Shown: positions 38,666 to 51,072, numbered from the whole stretch's first letter. The stretch is DNA of 60,415 bases, filler included, from Dugesia japonica (GCA_001938525.1; 6 parts of 6 records of this genome joined end to end with filler, not necessarily neighbours in it), one strand, 5' to 3'. Numbers and translations are program-made. The notes: generated from the letters alone by a model not told the origin.

Positions 38666-39963
38666 AGATCCATAGTTTGCCAAATCATGCAGGTTATTCA
38701 TCATTTTCCAATATACTTTTATATTCACTACTAGTCGAGTTTCTCGTGTTACTCTCAATAAATCCTTGATAGCGTGGAACGTGGCAGATTCTTCAGTTAT
38801 TGGTTTCGTATAATTCATCCGGATATCACGTATTGTCGGAGTCCCTTCCGGAAATTCAACGGTTTTCATGGTAATTATTGGTAGATTATCGATATTCTGT
38901 ATTTTCTGATTTTCCTTTACTTGTTCCTTAATACCCGTCAATACCTAGGACACATATAATTCTGTTATCTCTTCCATTCGTTTCTCCAGGTCTGGTGATT
39001 GTGCTGTCCTTGGCTCCTCTTCTACATCTAACTCGCATATTTCTCCGGGCATTGCATGGCATCTGAAGATATATTTGTCCTCGTCATCTGTCTCGACCAA
39101 TTTGCCGCTTATGAATAGAGGTACCATGTTTAATCCCTGTTCTTGCCACTTATTGGTAATGGCATCCATCAAATCCATCATGGTTATTCCTTGCGGCTTT
39201 AATCGGCTATACTTATTCATTTCTTGTTCATTTTTACCTATATTCAAGTATAATTTATAGCCTTGCATTTTTGTAGTGGCCAATATTTCTTCGGCATGCT
39301 TCTGTCTAATCGTGAGCCATTGATCCTCAATTTCTTCGGTTATTTCTAACCCATCATATATGCCGTAGATTCTATTCATTACCATCCAAAAAGTTTCTCG
39401 AGGTAACTTTCCCTTCTCTATCTGTACTCTGTTAACTATTTCCTCCACTTTACGCATTGCTTCTACTTCCCTTAACGTCATCCGTCGCATCCTTTTCATG
39501 TTGCATTTACCCTCTCTTCTCTCTAACTGTTGTTTGAGGAAATCGTTACACGTCATCAATAACTGCTTCCTTTATTACTTTGTTAATTTATCTTTCTTTC
39601 CCAATACAGTGGAATGTATCTTTATTTTAATAAGTTCTACTTCTTGTTTATATAAATATTCCATTTCTCCCATTATTTCTAGGGCCGATCTTCCGGTTTT
39701 TGTTACCCATATGTCATAGTCGATACCAGGATGTTTACAATTTCAATTTCTTCTCCTGGTTTTACTCCAAAGTCGTATATATGGCGTTTTCTGGCATTAA
39801 AATTTACTATTGCACTTGGAGTACATACGCATTTATCGGTTATGCATGAATAGTCTGCTTGATTAAGCGCCGATTTCAGATCTTCTACCATTAATCCCGT
39901 GAGTGTCAGTTTCATATTTCCTTCTGGGTTATACAACCATACTTGGTAATCTGATACTCCCAT
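38665..39963 (-). pseudogene. Orphan ~430-codon degenerate ORF, probably of transposon or viral origin
   Basis: ORFs 39703-39963, 38945-39559 and 38594-38941 join into one reading frame with one frameshift (~39738) and three in-frame stops. The region is GC-richer than its flanks and is cut off by repeat sequence at ~38665. Confidence 0.7.
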
Positions 39964-40237
39964 GTTGGATATTACCCAATCATAACGTACTGATAACTAT
40001 TCTGTCCAATTGCTTTCAANATAAGTGACTAGTTTTATAACTTCCAATAACTCTACCAGTCGATTGGTCAACTTTAGGTACACTTCCCTGCTAATTGTAT
40101 AATGGAGTTTCTGAGCGGCTACAAGTATCTCATCAATTCGAGCTAACAATAACCGTGATGCTTAGTAGATAGATAGTGGCGGTCAACCTCTGCACACATG
40201 CAGTACCTCCCCCCCCGTGTGTAAAAATTTATTACAT
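39964..40237 (-). promoter_or_regulatory. Putative Pol II promoter/leader of the orphan ORF
   Basis: On the minus strand: a G8 tract and CACAC...GTGTG inverted repeat near 40190-40222, CCAAT at ~40062-40066, TATAAAA at ~40033-40039 and the Kozak-like context CCAACATGG. Confidence 0.4.
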
Positions 40238-40337
40238 NNNNNNNNNNNNNNNNNNNNNNNNNNNNNNNNNNNNNNNNNNNNTTAATTAATTAANNNNNNN
40301 NNNNNNNNNNNNNNNNNNNNNNNNNNNNNNNNNNNNN
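40238..40337. other. Artificial contig-join spacer
   Basis: TTAATTAATTAA at 40282-40293 inside an N run. Confidence 0.95.
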
Positions 40338-40646
40338 TTTTGATTTTCTTGCGTAGTTTTCTATAAATTTCCTGTAATAATTACAAATTCCCAAGAAACC
40401 TCGTAACTTCTCCACGCAGTTAGGTTTGCCAAAGGTTCTTATAGCTTCTATTTTAGACGGATCAGTTCTAACACCATCCCTGCTAATTATGTGTCCAAGA
40501 AACTTGATTTCACTTTGAAGAAACTGACATTTTTCAGGATTAATTCTTAGACCAGCCTTCATTATTTCCGTCAATACTCTTTCACTTACTTCAAAGTGTT
40601 GGTCTTTATTGTTCGTAAATATTAGTATGTCATCAAGATAAACCAT
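40338..40646 (-). mobile_element. Ty3/gypsy RT fragment
   Basis: MVYLDDILIF...KCQFLQSEIKFLGH...FLGICNYYRKFI; same family as 7290-7550. Confidence 0.95.
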
Positions 40647-41045
40647 GACTTTCCGTCATCTCTGTAAAAGGATTCAAGAACATAGTCGGTTAGGTAGTCA
40701 CAGTAATATTGCTTAACACAATATTCAATGTAAATGTCTTATAAATATTAATAATTTCAAAATTCTGTGCAGACATTTTAAAAATTATTGGGAAAGAATC
40801 ATGTGCGAAGCACTGATGATCAGATCATCTGATCCAAAAATTAATGTTCAAACTGGTGTCAATAAATCTTTATTGAATGTCTTTAATTAATTGGAATTTT
40901 ATTGAGACCATTGCATAATTGATTGCATAATGCGGAACTTAAGTATTTATACTCTATTCTTCATTTTAAACAGTTTGCCTGAAGATGACAGATATACTTT
41001 CGAAACTTGTTGTGTTAAATAAGTATTTATTTAAATGGCGTGTTA
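40645..41045 (+). mobile_element. 5'-truncated PLE (GIY-YIG C-half, 3' tail, hammerhead-like motif at 40976-41012)
   Basis: MTFRHLCKRIQEHSRLGSHSNIA*HNIQC...NFKILC...ERIMCEALMIRSSDPKINVQ, stop at 40890. Downstream lies TGC-CTGAAGA-TGACAGATATACTTTC-GAAA. Confidence 0.85.
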
Positions 41046-42001
41046 AATTATTTATATATACATTGTTATTATTCTTTAACTTTTTGAAAAATTATATTAT
41101 TCATAATAAATGAAGGAATTTATCATAAATTTGGATATGATGACCCTAACAGGATGAAATTAATAAAATATAGATCTAAAAAAATATAGCTAGAATGAGA
41201 TTTTTAAAAATTTGAGATCGAATTTAAAATGGTTATGTAAAAAGATTTAAAATTATAAAAAAAATTAGAATTATGAATCTTCCCCGTGAAACTTGTAAAT
41301 ACAAAGCTTCGATGTAGAAACAACTTTGATATGAAGTAGTGGAAGATAAATATCTCGAAAGAAATGGATATATTAGAATAGTAAAAAAAAAATTAACAAA
41401 ACTAAATTTCAGAAAATAGAATAAAATATCGAAATCCTAAAATGAAACAAATAAAGTAATTTAAAAAAAACAAATCAAAAAAAATAAACTAAATAAAAAA
41501 GATTCTAGTGTATTAAGATAATAGGAGATCAGGATGAGACCAATGATAAAATGTTTAAAACGTCATATATCTTCCGAGGAGAGAAATATGTTATTTTTAT
41601 GGTAAAAAGCCGCCATATCTTAAACAAACCGCGGTCTCATTGAAAACGATTATTGAAAATATATTTTATTTCTGTGTATGGAGTTGTTCCTTAATAAAGT
41701 TATTATCTGTTATTTTTTATATTCTATTTTTTCACAAATGTTACTTAAATATTGACAAAGACGTTAATAGCAGTATTGTACAGCTGGAATTATAGTTAGA
41801 GTCTGTAAGCAAAAGACTAAACAATTATTCGGAATTTTGAAACAGTATTTAATTTAATTTTCTTGATTTTTTTCCACGTAACATTTTACATTTTTAATAA
41901 CTCCCTTTTTATGGTGGAGCAATTATAATTGGATATGCTAAAAAATATTGAATATATTGAAAATTATTTATTAAATCCTCAGAAATTATAATAAATAAAT
42001 T

Positions 42002-43330
42002 CTACCTTCAAACCATAAAAAAGTAGATTTGTTATTTTACAGTAAATAAGAAAGAAAAGTTATATTTTCAATATATATATACAACATGATACAACAATAA
42101 TTGAAGTAACTTATGATTAATATTGACAGCAGCTCCTTTTGAAGCAATAATTTGGTTAATGGTCCGAGACTTAGTGCTGAAGAGAGAAGTAAGTATTTTT
42201 TCTTCCGTAGAACAAAATGTTGTTTGCAGTACAGTCAACAATGCATCCAGGTCATTGCACATACATTTTTAGTTTCGTTTATTCAAAGAAGGAAACAAGT
42301 TGAGATAATTAATGCTTAATTCTAGAGATTAAGCCAGCTAGTTCGTAACAGTGATGGTTGGAATTAAACTTTCTCCAAAATCATTAAACTTTTGTACGTT
42401 GTTTTTACCAACGTGTGGACGAACATTATTCATATGAATAAAAACGTTTTCGCACCAGTGCATCTTGTTTAAGATTGCATGCATGATTTTATTATACATC
42501 ACCTTGTCAAAGATGGCAAAAGTCATTGTGCAATCGACTTTGTGAAAATCAGTTTTTGTGTGTTGTTTTGAAGATCGCCGGTCTAATTGGTCTTCTTGAA
42601 TACTCCAAATGACGATTAGATCGTTGAAAGAATCGTTCCAGAATTTGGTTTGGCAACAGCAGTTATTATCATAACTTTAGAGATATTAGCCTTGCTTATT
42701 AAGGATATTTTCTTTCTTGGACTATTCTCATGATATCTTTCATGACTGAAGGAATAAAATTCAAATCATTTTTCATCAATATCCACATAATTATCCCATG
42801 TATTATATTGTCGGCACCACTTAAACCTTTTAATCTTTTGATCATCTGTTAAAATTGGACATGTTATTCTAGGTACGAATTTGAATTCTTAATATTTAAT
42901 TATTCTTTGGATAATAATTGTTTGAATGGATGTATCTTTTGAAATGTCACAGATGCTATTAGAGCAACTCTTAGGAATGGCATTTGTTACTGCTGCTACC
43001 CGTTCTAGTTTGCAACATAAGGTCTGCCAGAGCCTTGTTTTCTTGCGAGTGTACGACGTTTAAATATTTCTAACATAGTTCTTATTGATACTAAATGCCT
43101 GGTATAATTCTTGATCGTTGAGTATTCTGGTTCCACCTTTCCCATCTTAAAAAGTCATATCTCATAATTTAAAAATAAAATCATTTTTTCTTCTTTTGAT
43201 AGAGTTGACATTTTAAAAGTCTTCTTAAAATTAAACAAAAGTAGCTAGTTATAACAAAATTTAAATAATTTGATGAACTTTGATATATTGATAAAATTAG
43301 AAAATCCACTTTTTTATGGTTTGGAGGTAG
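42002..43330 (-). mobile_element. Full-length degenerate Tc1/mariner element of the plant-like DD39D type
   Basis: 29-bp TIRs CTACCT(T/C)CAAACCATAAAAAAGT(A/G)GATTT with TA at the right flank. Transposase relics: VDIDEK*F, ISKVM...AVAKP, and VFIHMNNVRPH...F...ITVTN (corresponding to IFIQQDNARPH...QPPNSPD). Confidence 0.8.
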
Positions 43331-43566
43331 TAATATTTTAAATCATTAATTTTTTTAATTTATAGATCGTTGAAACTATTATTGTTTAATTTAATAAGCT
43401 GGCAGAATGAATTTATGAAAATATTTAAAATTACAATTGGTTTTAGGAGATAAAAACAAGTTAGCGAGAGAGAGAGAGAGAGTCTGAGTGCAGTCGGTAA
43501 ATTTATTTTAGCAAGACAATCTAAATCGTGAAATTATGCATTAAATTTCTATTTTGTATATATTAG

Positions 43567-44386
43567 CTCTTTCCCGCCCGTATTTTTCTTTGAAAAAAGA
43601 AAATATTTATTTATTAATAGTAAATATCAATTAAAAGTGTTTTAAAGTGTTAAAATCTTTGAAACAATCAATAATGCATAAACAAACATTACAATCTGAA
43701 CATTCAAATCGTGAATTTTTTATTGGCATTCGAAAATGTGTCTTTCATAATTTGTACGATGTTTTCTATTTTGTAGAGCCTTGATAAATAAGAAATAGTA
43801 TTGTTGGTGAAATTAATGTATTGAAGAATTGATAGATAACACTGGCTTGTAAATAACTGAGCTATCATCGAGGTTGAATCATAAATATTAAGCACACCAA
43901 TAATCTAAAATGCGTTTTTTTCGGGTAATTGCCATTAAAATAGAAGTTACAAATAATAATTATAGCTCTATGCTAAATTATGCTTTTTTGCTACTTGATA
44001 CAAATTAGTTGATAAAATATCGTATACCTTGAATGTATTAATTGATTTATGAATATTCTTGAAATATAAATTAATTTGGCTGAAAATAATCATTTTGCTA
44101 GTTATTCACTAATGATGATTATGGTGATTAAGATAATTCTTGATCGGAATCACTTTCTTCATAATATTTTTTTCATCAATATCAGTTTCTGATCCATATT
44201 CAGAAAATGTATTTGTTATGATTTCTGAAAAACCATCTAATTTGTTGATAAAAAAATTTGAAACTTTAAGGTAAGATTTATATATCAACTTTATTGTATT
44301 TCTTCAAAAGAAATATTAGTATTTTTAATGTAAAAATGTAAAAAAAATGTGCATTGCTTGTATTAAGGCGCGAACCTCGGAAAGGG
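43567..44386 (-). mobile_element. Internally deleted piggyBac-type element
   Basis: The right end reads GGAAAGGG|TTAA and the left end TTAG|CTCTTTCCC. The relic ILMAITRK...DYW...STSMIAQLFT...ILQYINFTNN...RLYKIENI matches the piggyBac transposase N-terminal core. Confidence 0.7.
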
Positions 44387-45431
44387 TTAAATAACAATGT
44401 CGTTTTTTTAATGTAAATATAAATAAATAACTGAAAAATAAATTGAAAATGAATGTAAATAATTAAGCAAGATATTTTCTAATATAGTTACTTTTCTCTA
44501 AATCCCAAATGGTAAAGTTTATCTTTCACAGAGATCAATCATTTTAAAATGTATTGACCTAAAAATGATGTATACATATAATAAAATTAATAATAAAATT
44601 AATAATTTTTGAATAAATTTTTTTGAAAACAACAATAAAATAAATGTTGCTAATAAATTATATAAAAAAAATTGAAATCCAATTAGGAATTCGAGATACA
44701 TTGAATACCCATCAGAAAATTGACAAAATTTCTATTCTGTAATTCATCAAGGGAAGGTTAATCGAGAATTCTATTTGGGAATTTAACTGCCTCGATATTG
44801 ATTGATTTATTAAGGGAAACGTTTTAAGAAATTAGTCAAATAATGTGTCAGATAAAAAATTAAAATCTTATATACATGTTAAAATAATTATAGGCTTTTT
44901 TTAAATTTCATTTGATTAATGTTTCAGATTGGGATTCATTTTTGCTGAAGGTTTTCCTCAGAAAAAAATTATTGGCAAGTATTTTTGTAATTTCTACAAT
45001 TTTACTTTTAAATAAACCGAATAATTATAAAACGAAGTAAATACATAAGGGTTTTAATACGATAATCCTGGTACTACCGACAAAGGTTTATCTGTACTCA
45101 TTAAATATGACCTATGTGTAATCATTCTTTTATAAGTAATGTAATAAAATAACATCAATTTCGTTGAAAAGATGTTTCCACGTTTCCCCAAAATTTCTTT
45201 ACTCAAGAAACAGAAAATTAAATATTAAAATTTGGATATAGACCTATGTTTAACCGGTTGCAACAGTTTAGAGAAATGCCAAGTTTCTCCCGTAAAATAT
45301 TTACTATAATATATAATAATTATAACTAAATATTTTGACTGGTCAATATGTTAAAACAATTGATATGGTTATATTGATAATGATATAAATTATATGGTTA
45401 TAAATTATATAATATGTGGTTATGGTTCTAC

Positions 45432-45617
45432 CTGACTCATGAACAATATTGATATGCTTTTCCATCTGCTAGTTTCCGGAAGATTTCGCCATTGCGGAAC
45501 AATTAAACGAAATAAAATATGTTCCAATAGTAAAACAAGAAGTGAAACTAGGAATCCAATTCCCATAAATAGGAAACAGCCACTAACATTTTCTATTCCA
45601 TAACCTTTATTTGTATT
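45432..45617 (-). CDS. Exon (M4 helix and proximal tail) of an NMDA-type glutamate receptor subunit, GluN3-like
   Basis: tttttag|NTNKGYGIENVSGCFLFMGIGFLVSLLVLLLEHILFRLIVPQWRNLPETSRWKSISILFMSQ|gtag, 186 nt, phase 0/0. It matches the GluN3 pattern GI..FSG.F..L.IG......EHI..RL..P...SQ. Confidence 0.88.
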
Positions 45618-45799
45618 CTAAAAAATAAATAATAAAATATAAAAAATATAAATAATGAACTTTGACAAAATATTTTAATAAGAAACGCAATAAATGGGGA
45701 AAAATATCAAATGAATTAAAGTTTTAAAAATATAATTAATAAATCGCTTTACTTGGTATATTTTTATTATTGTTATTATAAATATATTTATAAAAACAA

Positions 45800-46060
45800 C
45801 TCTTTTAAAATAAAAACTTCGATCAAAATTTTTGTTTTTTTTATTGATATTTGATAACAATTCGATATTTCGACCTTGTCTTCGTCAGGAATTGACATTT
45901 TTGACTTCATGACGGAGACAAGGTCGAAATATCGAATTTTTATCAAATATCAATAAAAAAACAAAAATTTTGATCGAAGCTTTTATTTTAAATTAATTCT
46001 GTAAAACGATCAATGGTTCTGTCCAGCAATTATTCTCGCAATAATTGCAATTGTAAAATA
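45800..46060. repeat. Head-to-head palindromic pair of the hammerhead-bearing PLE repeat (intronic)
   Basis: The minus arm ~45803-45897 and the plus arm ~45906-46060 are about 90 bp of near-perfect inverted sequence. Confidence 0.9.
45858..45894 (-). ncRNA. Intact minimal type I hammerhead ribozyme motif
   Basis: Minus strand CAATTC-CTGACGA-A-GAC-AAG-GTC-GAAA-TA-TC^GAATTG: a 6-bp helix I, a 3-bp helix II, a palindromic AUAU helix III and an AUC cleavage triplet. Confidence 0.8.
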
Positions 46061-46390
46061 ATAAATTCTGTTAATAAATTTAGTAACCATAATGATTAAG
46101 GTGGATAAATGCAGAAATCATCAAAACTACTACAAGTACGAAATTGTTTTCTTCAACAAATCAATCAATAGCATTAAATCACAAACTATCAATTTAGCAA
46201 ATGGAATAGGAAAACTTATTATAACAATAATAGTTCACTCAACATTTCAAATAATTAAAGTTAACAATTACTATTTTTTTTGAAAAAAAATAAAATAAAA
46301 AGAAAATATATTATAAAACAACCATCATTTTCAAATTCGAATTATTGATATCTCATATGTAAACAAATTGTTCTATTAAATAAAAATTAC

Positions 46391-46501
46391 ATTGGACTGC
46401 ATTGTCAAGCTGCATTTTGGTATTCCTTTTATGTAAGATTTTGTTAATAAATCCATGAAACCCATCGTTTGATATTGAAGAAGCAACTGAGATATTTCTT
46501 T
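46391..46501 (-). CDS. Exon (end of the S2 ligand-binding lobe) of the same GluN3-like receptor
   Basis: tctcttag|KEISQLLLQYQTMGFMDLLTKSYIKGIPKCSLTMQSN|gtaatt, 111 nt, phase 0/0. It matches the GluN3 pattern ISELI.QY...GFMD.L...W....C and splices in frame to 45617. Confidence 0.85.
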
Positions 46502-46634
46502 CTAAGAGATAAAATATTAAAAGTTTTCTAAATTATATTTTATCAATCCCAGAAAATTTAAAAAACAGAAAATTAATTTAAATAAATATTTAAAATAAAA
46601 AGTATGAAAGTCTAAAGGCTAACTTAAATTTAAA

Positions 46635-46654
46635 TTAATAATACCAATAATACC

Positions 46655-46717
<63 letters not shown>

Positions 46718-46835
46718 NNNNNNNNNNNNNNNNNNNNNNNNNNNNNNNNNNNNNNNNNNNNNNNNNNNNNNNNNNNNNNNNNNNNNNNNNNNNNNNNNNN
46801 NNNNNNNNNNNNNNNNNNNNNNNNNNNNNNNNNNN

Positions 46836-46898
<63 letters not shown>
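46635..46898. repeat. (AAT)n microsatellite with gap
   Basis: Direct reading of the sequence. Confidence 0.95.
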
Positions 46899-46899
<1 letters not shown>

Positions 46900-47424
46900 T
46901 TTATAGAAAAAACCAAAAGTAGAAAATTATCAGCATGAGACTGTAATGAGATATCGTATACAATTGCATGGAAATAAGTCAATAAATAACACTACAATAA
47001 TGATAAATCAATATTATTTATATATTAATCTATATTTTTCCAACTATTTCAGCAATTTATATCTAGAATAATATTTAATCTCTTTTTGTTTTTTTGAAAT
47101 CTTTGAATGAAATCTTGACATATTTATGTCATCACTGATTTCGCTGAAATTAATAAAGGAGCTGTCAAAACATCCGACTTTTTATGAGTCTTAATTAATA
47201 AGAATCTCTAAGCAAACTTTGTGATAAACGAGATTAAGTAATTTTTGTGCAAACTAATAAATAAGTTATTCTGTTCCAATAATTTGTTACAATATGCAAT
47301 CAATAATCAAAGAAAACAACATAAAACTAACTAAACTAAAACTAACAACATGAAATTGATTTTGACTTTCTGTAAATATTTATAGATTTTAAGAAAATAA
47401 TTATTGAGAAGTTAAAGTTTTTAT

Positions 47425-47426
<2 letters not shown>

Positions 47427-47480
<54 letters not shown>

Positions 47481-47496
47481 TTATCTATCTATCTAN
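47427..47496. repeat. (ATCT)n microsatellite
   Basis: Direct reading of the sequence; it runs into a gap. Confidence 0.95.
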
Positions 47497-48026
47497 NNNN
47501 NNNNNNNNNNNNNNNNNNNNNNNNNNNNNNNNNNNNNNNNNNNNNNNNNNNNNNNNNNNNNNNNNNNNNNNNNNNNNNNNNNNNNNNNNNNNNNNNNNNN
47601 NNNNNNNNNNNNNNNNNNNNNNNNNNNNNNNNNNNNNNNNNNNNNNNNNNNNNNNNNNNNNNNNNNNNNNNNNNNNNNNNNNNNNNNNNNNNNNNNNNNN
47701 NNNNNNNNNNNNNNNNNNNNNNNNNNNNNNNNNNNNNNNNNNNNNNNNNNNNNNNNNNNNNNNNNNNNNNNNNNNNNNNNNNNNNNNNNNNNNNNNNNNN
47801 NNNNNNNNNNNNNNNNNNNNNNNNNNNNNNNNNNNNNNNNNNNNNNNNNNNNNNNNNNNNNNNNNNNNNNNNNNNNNNNNNATTTCCGTTTTAGATATAA
47901 AATTTTTAAAATTTGTTTTAAACGACAAATTTATATTCTGTGTTTTGTGGTCTTTTGTTGAAATAAATTTTGGAAATGAAACGAGCTATACCTTTAAATT
48001 CAACGATGAGTGTAACAGACTCATCT

Positions 48027-48027
<1 letters not shown>

Positions 48028-48090
<63 letters not shown>

Positions 48091-48223
48091 NNNNNNNNNN
48101 NNNNNNNNNNNNNNNNNNNNNNNNNNNNNNNNNNNNNNNNNNNNNNNNNNNNNNNNNNNNNNNNNNNNNNNNNNNNNNNNNNNNNNNNNNNNNNNNNNNN
48201 NNNNNNNNNNNNNNNNNNNNNNN

Positions 48224-48260
<37 letters not shown>
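48028..48260. repeat. (AAT)n microsatellite with gap
   Basis: Direct reading of the sequence. Confidence 0.95.
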
Positions 48261-48261
<1 letters not shown>

Positions 48262-48539
48262 TAGTTAAATTCAAAGTCTCACAAGTCTTTTATTAAAACG
48301 AAAAATGACAAAGAACAATTCACAGTATTCAAACAAATAATCTGAGACCTTTTAATAAAATATATTTTTAAAAAATATCGATTTTCTTTTTTTAAAAATA
48401 TTTTATTTATGATAATTTTATAAAACCATTTTTTTTAATTTTATAATTTCCTATAATGAAAAATATCGATCTTGATTTTAAAACATTTTAATATTATAAA
48501 ACAATTTTTAAAAATTTATACTTTTTTTATACTTTCGTA

Positions 48540-50990
48540 ATAAATGACATTTTTCTGGATTAATTCTCAATCCTGATTCTTGAATTCTTTTAAAAACTTG
48601 GTCTAAAATTCTATCGTGCTACTCTAGATTTTCTGAAAATATCAATATATCATCCATGTATACCATCGTTCCTCTCAATTTTCCAAATACTTTTCTCATT
48701 AATTCTTGAAACGTTCCAGGTGCTGCAGTTATACCATAATGCGTTCTTGTGAAATAATACTGTCCATTTTTCGAAGAAAATTCTATTTTCTGTTGTGAAT
48801 CTTTTTGTAACGGAACTTGAAAATATGCATTACTCAAATCAATAGTACTGAAATATCTTGCACCACTGAAATTCTCTAGTATTTCCTCTGTATTGGGCAT
48901 CGGAAATACCTGTCTTTCTGTAATTGCATTCAGTTTTCTAAAATCAAGACATAATCTCACATAATCTTTCTTTTCTTTTTCCAAACACATATTAATGGAG
49001 TGTTCCATTGCAAATTACACTTTCTAATAATGCCATTGTCAAACAAATTCTTGATAGCTTCATCAATCTTATTTTCTAAATGCATTGGTTGTCTCCATGG
49101 TTTTGCATATATTGGTTCTCCATCAGTGATTATTTAATATTCTGCCATTGTTATTCTGCCGATATCCCAGTTGTCTGCCATGAATATTCCTTTATAAATC
49201 ATTATAATTTTCTCTAAATTCTCATTTGGCTTGTTAATCAATATTTTTATTGCTCTCTGTACTCTCTCTTCATCCATTGTATAACATCCATACTTTGCTT
49301 CTATATTACAAAGATACATTTCATTATCCTAACATTTAGTTACTCTCAACAGTTTCTGTAATTCTATTCATCCAATTAGATCTGGGTGTATCTGTTTCAC
49401 CACAGTGAATTTAACGGTTTTGCTTTTATTCTCAAATTTTACTTCTACCTTTATCGTTCCGACGATTTCAAACGAACTATTATTGGCACATCTTAAATTG
49501 TCTTCACCTTTTAATATATTGACTTCTCACAATCTTTTTAATATTCTCAAGCTCCTCATATTAACTCTTGCTCCAGTGTCTAACAAGCAATCAACTTTTA
49601 CGTCTTGTATTTCAACCGTTATACTTGGTCTACCTTGCACCTTGTTATAACTTATTTCTTGTCGCTTTATCTCTTCTATCGTCAGAATTTCACAATCAAC
49701 TTCTTCATTTATTCCATTGATAGTCTCAGGTTGGCTTCTAGTCCATTCTTTCTTTACAAACTTGTAAGCTTTTTCTTTTACATCATTGTAACCATCTATT
49801 CGTTTATCTTCGTTTCTTTTATTTATATCATTATTTATACTACTTTAACTATAATTAACAATACTAAAGTTTTTTGTGATACTTAATTCAACGCTCCGAC
49901 AATTTCAACTTCGGTCGGAGCTTGGCCATTTGGGTATTCATCTTTATAATTATTTGACCCTTCATTACAAAAGTGACCTTTTTCTTTTCTGCATGCACAA
50001 TCTTTCCCATTTTCCACAATTGAATTAATGTGACTTTCATTCATCTTTGTATAAATATTCGTATTATTTGAATAATATCTTTGTTTGCCATTTTCGAATT
50101 CTTTTCTGGCCTGCTCACTTTTGTTTTGATAACTAAACTGCCTGTTCATATTTGTGTAACAGTCCTTTGCATAAAGGCCTTTCTTTTTACATCTTGAGCA
50201 ACTAACTTTGGTACAGTCTCTTTTCAAATGTTGTTTAGATCCACAAGCATAGCACTTTTGTTTTCTTTCTTGACAATTTCTGCTTACATGACCTTTTTTG
50301 TTACAGGTCCAGCACATGATTTCTCACCTTTCTTTGCTTTTGTTCTGTTGCATTTCTTCATTAGGATTCGTATTGAAATTTCTTTGTTCTGAGCTTTTGC
50401 GAATGGCATATCTGTAGTTACGAACTACATTTATTTCTTCAGTTTATACTTCGTCTTTTATGTCTTCCCACTCTGTTATTGCTTTAAATACATCCTCTAC
50501 TTTTCTATTTTTCCTGATTTGATTTTATATTTATTCTTTCTGTCATTGCAACTATTTATTATTAGCTTTTTGTTAAATCCTCTTTGTTCCATTTATGAGC
50601 CATGAACGTTTCTACCAATCATTCAATTTTCTTCTTATAGATATTTATATGCTCTCCACTCCTTCAATTATTTAGAATTTTCTACATATCTTTAATCATT
50701 GTTGATAGTCAAAAGAAAGCCTTTCTAAATCTTTCTTCAAATCTCAATGCTTCGTCTTCATTTTTATAGATTTCCAGTAAATCTTTATCTATGAACCCAA
50801 TTGAAACCAAATTCCGATGGCCTTTCTTTATTCCGTATAGATCACAAAATGTCGTTGTCTTATAAATAAAGTTTTCGACATCATCGCCCATTTTAAAAAT
50901 TCCAGGGTGCATTGCTTCTTTTACCAAATCCAATGATGCTTTGGTCGACATATTAGTTAATTTCAAAGTCTCACAAGTCTCCATACATTT
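48540..50990 (-). mobile_element. Ty3/gypsy gag-protease-RT remnant
   Basis: Gag starts at 50984 and has three CCHC-type knuckles (CWTCNKKGHVSRNC, CYACGSKQHLKRDC, CSRCKKKGLYAKDC). Protease CLLDTGA is at ~49580; RT motifs RLCLDFRKLN, FSTIDL..AY.Q, APGTFQ and YMDD follow. Confidence 0.95.
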
Positions 50991-51072
50991 TTATTGATTA
51001 TTACAAGTGTTGGGCTGAAACAGGCCTGTTGATAACATAAAATTTAAACAAAGGTAAACTAGGGAAGAGAGA

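Noticed and set aside
43704-43895. ORF initially resembling a receptor N-terminal domain exon
   Set aside because: It lies between piggyBac-type ends and, with one frameshift, yields the piggyBac DYW...RLYKI motifs.
46390-46501. Alternative phase-1 reading (RNISVASSISNDGFHGFI...) as a LamG/TSPN exon of the NtA gene
   Set aside because: The phase-0 frame matches GluN3 and joins the M4 exon. The NtA gene is also on a different contig.
47970-48030. Possible upstream GluN3 exon ending ...LNLK|gtatag
   Set aside because: It lacks the expected GYGI/ALP..S motif and an acceptor, and it abuts an (AAT)n tract.
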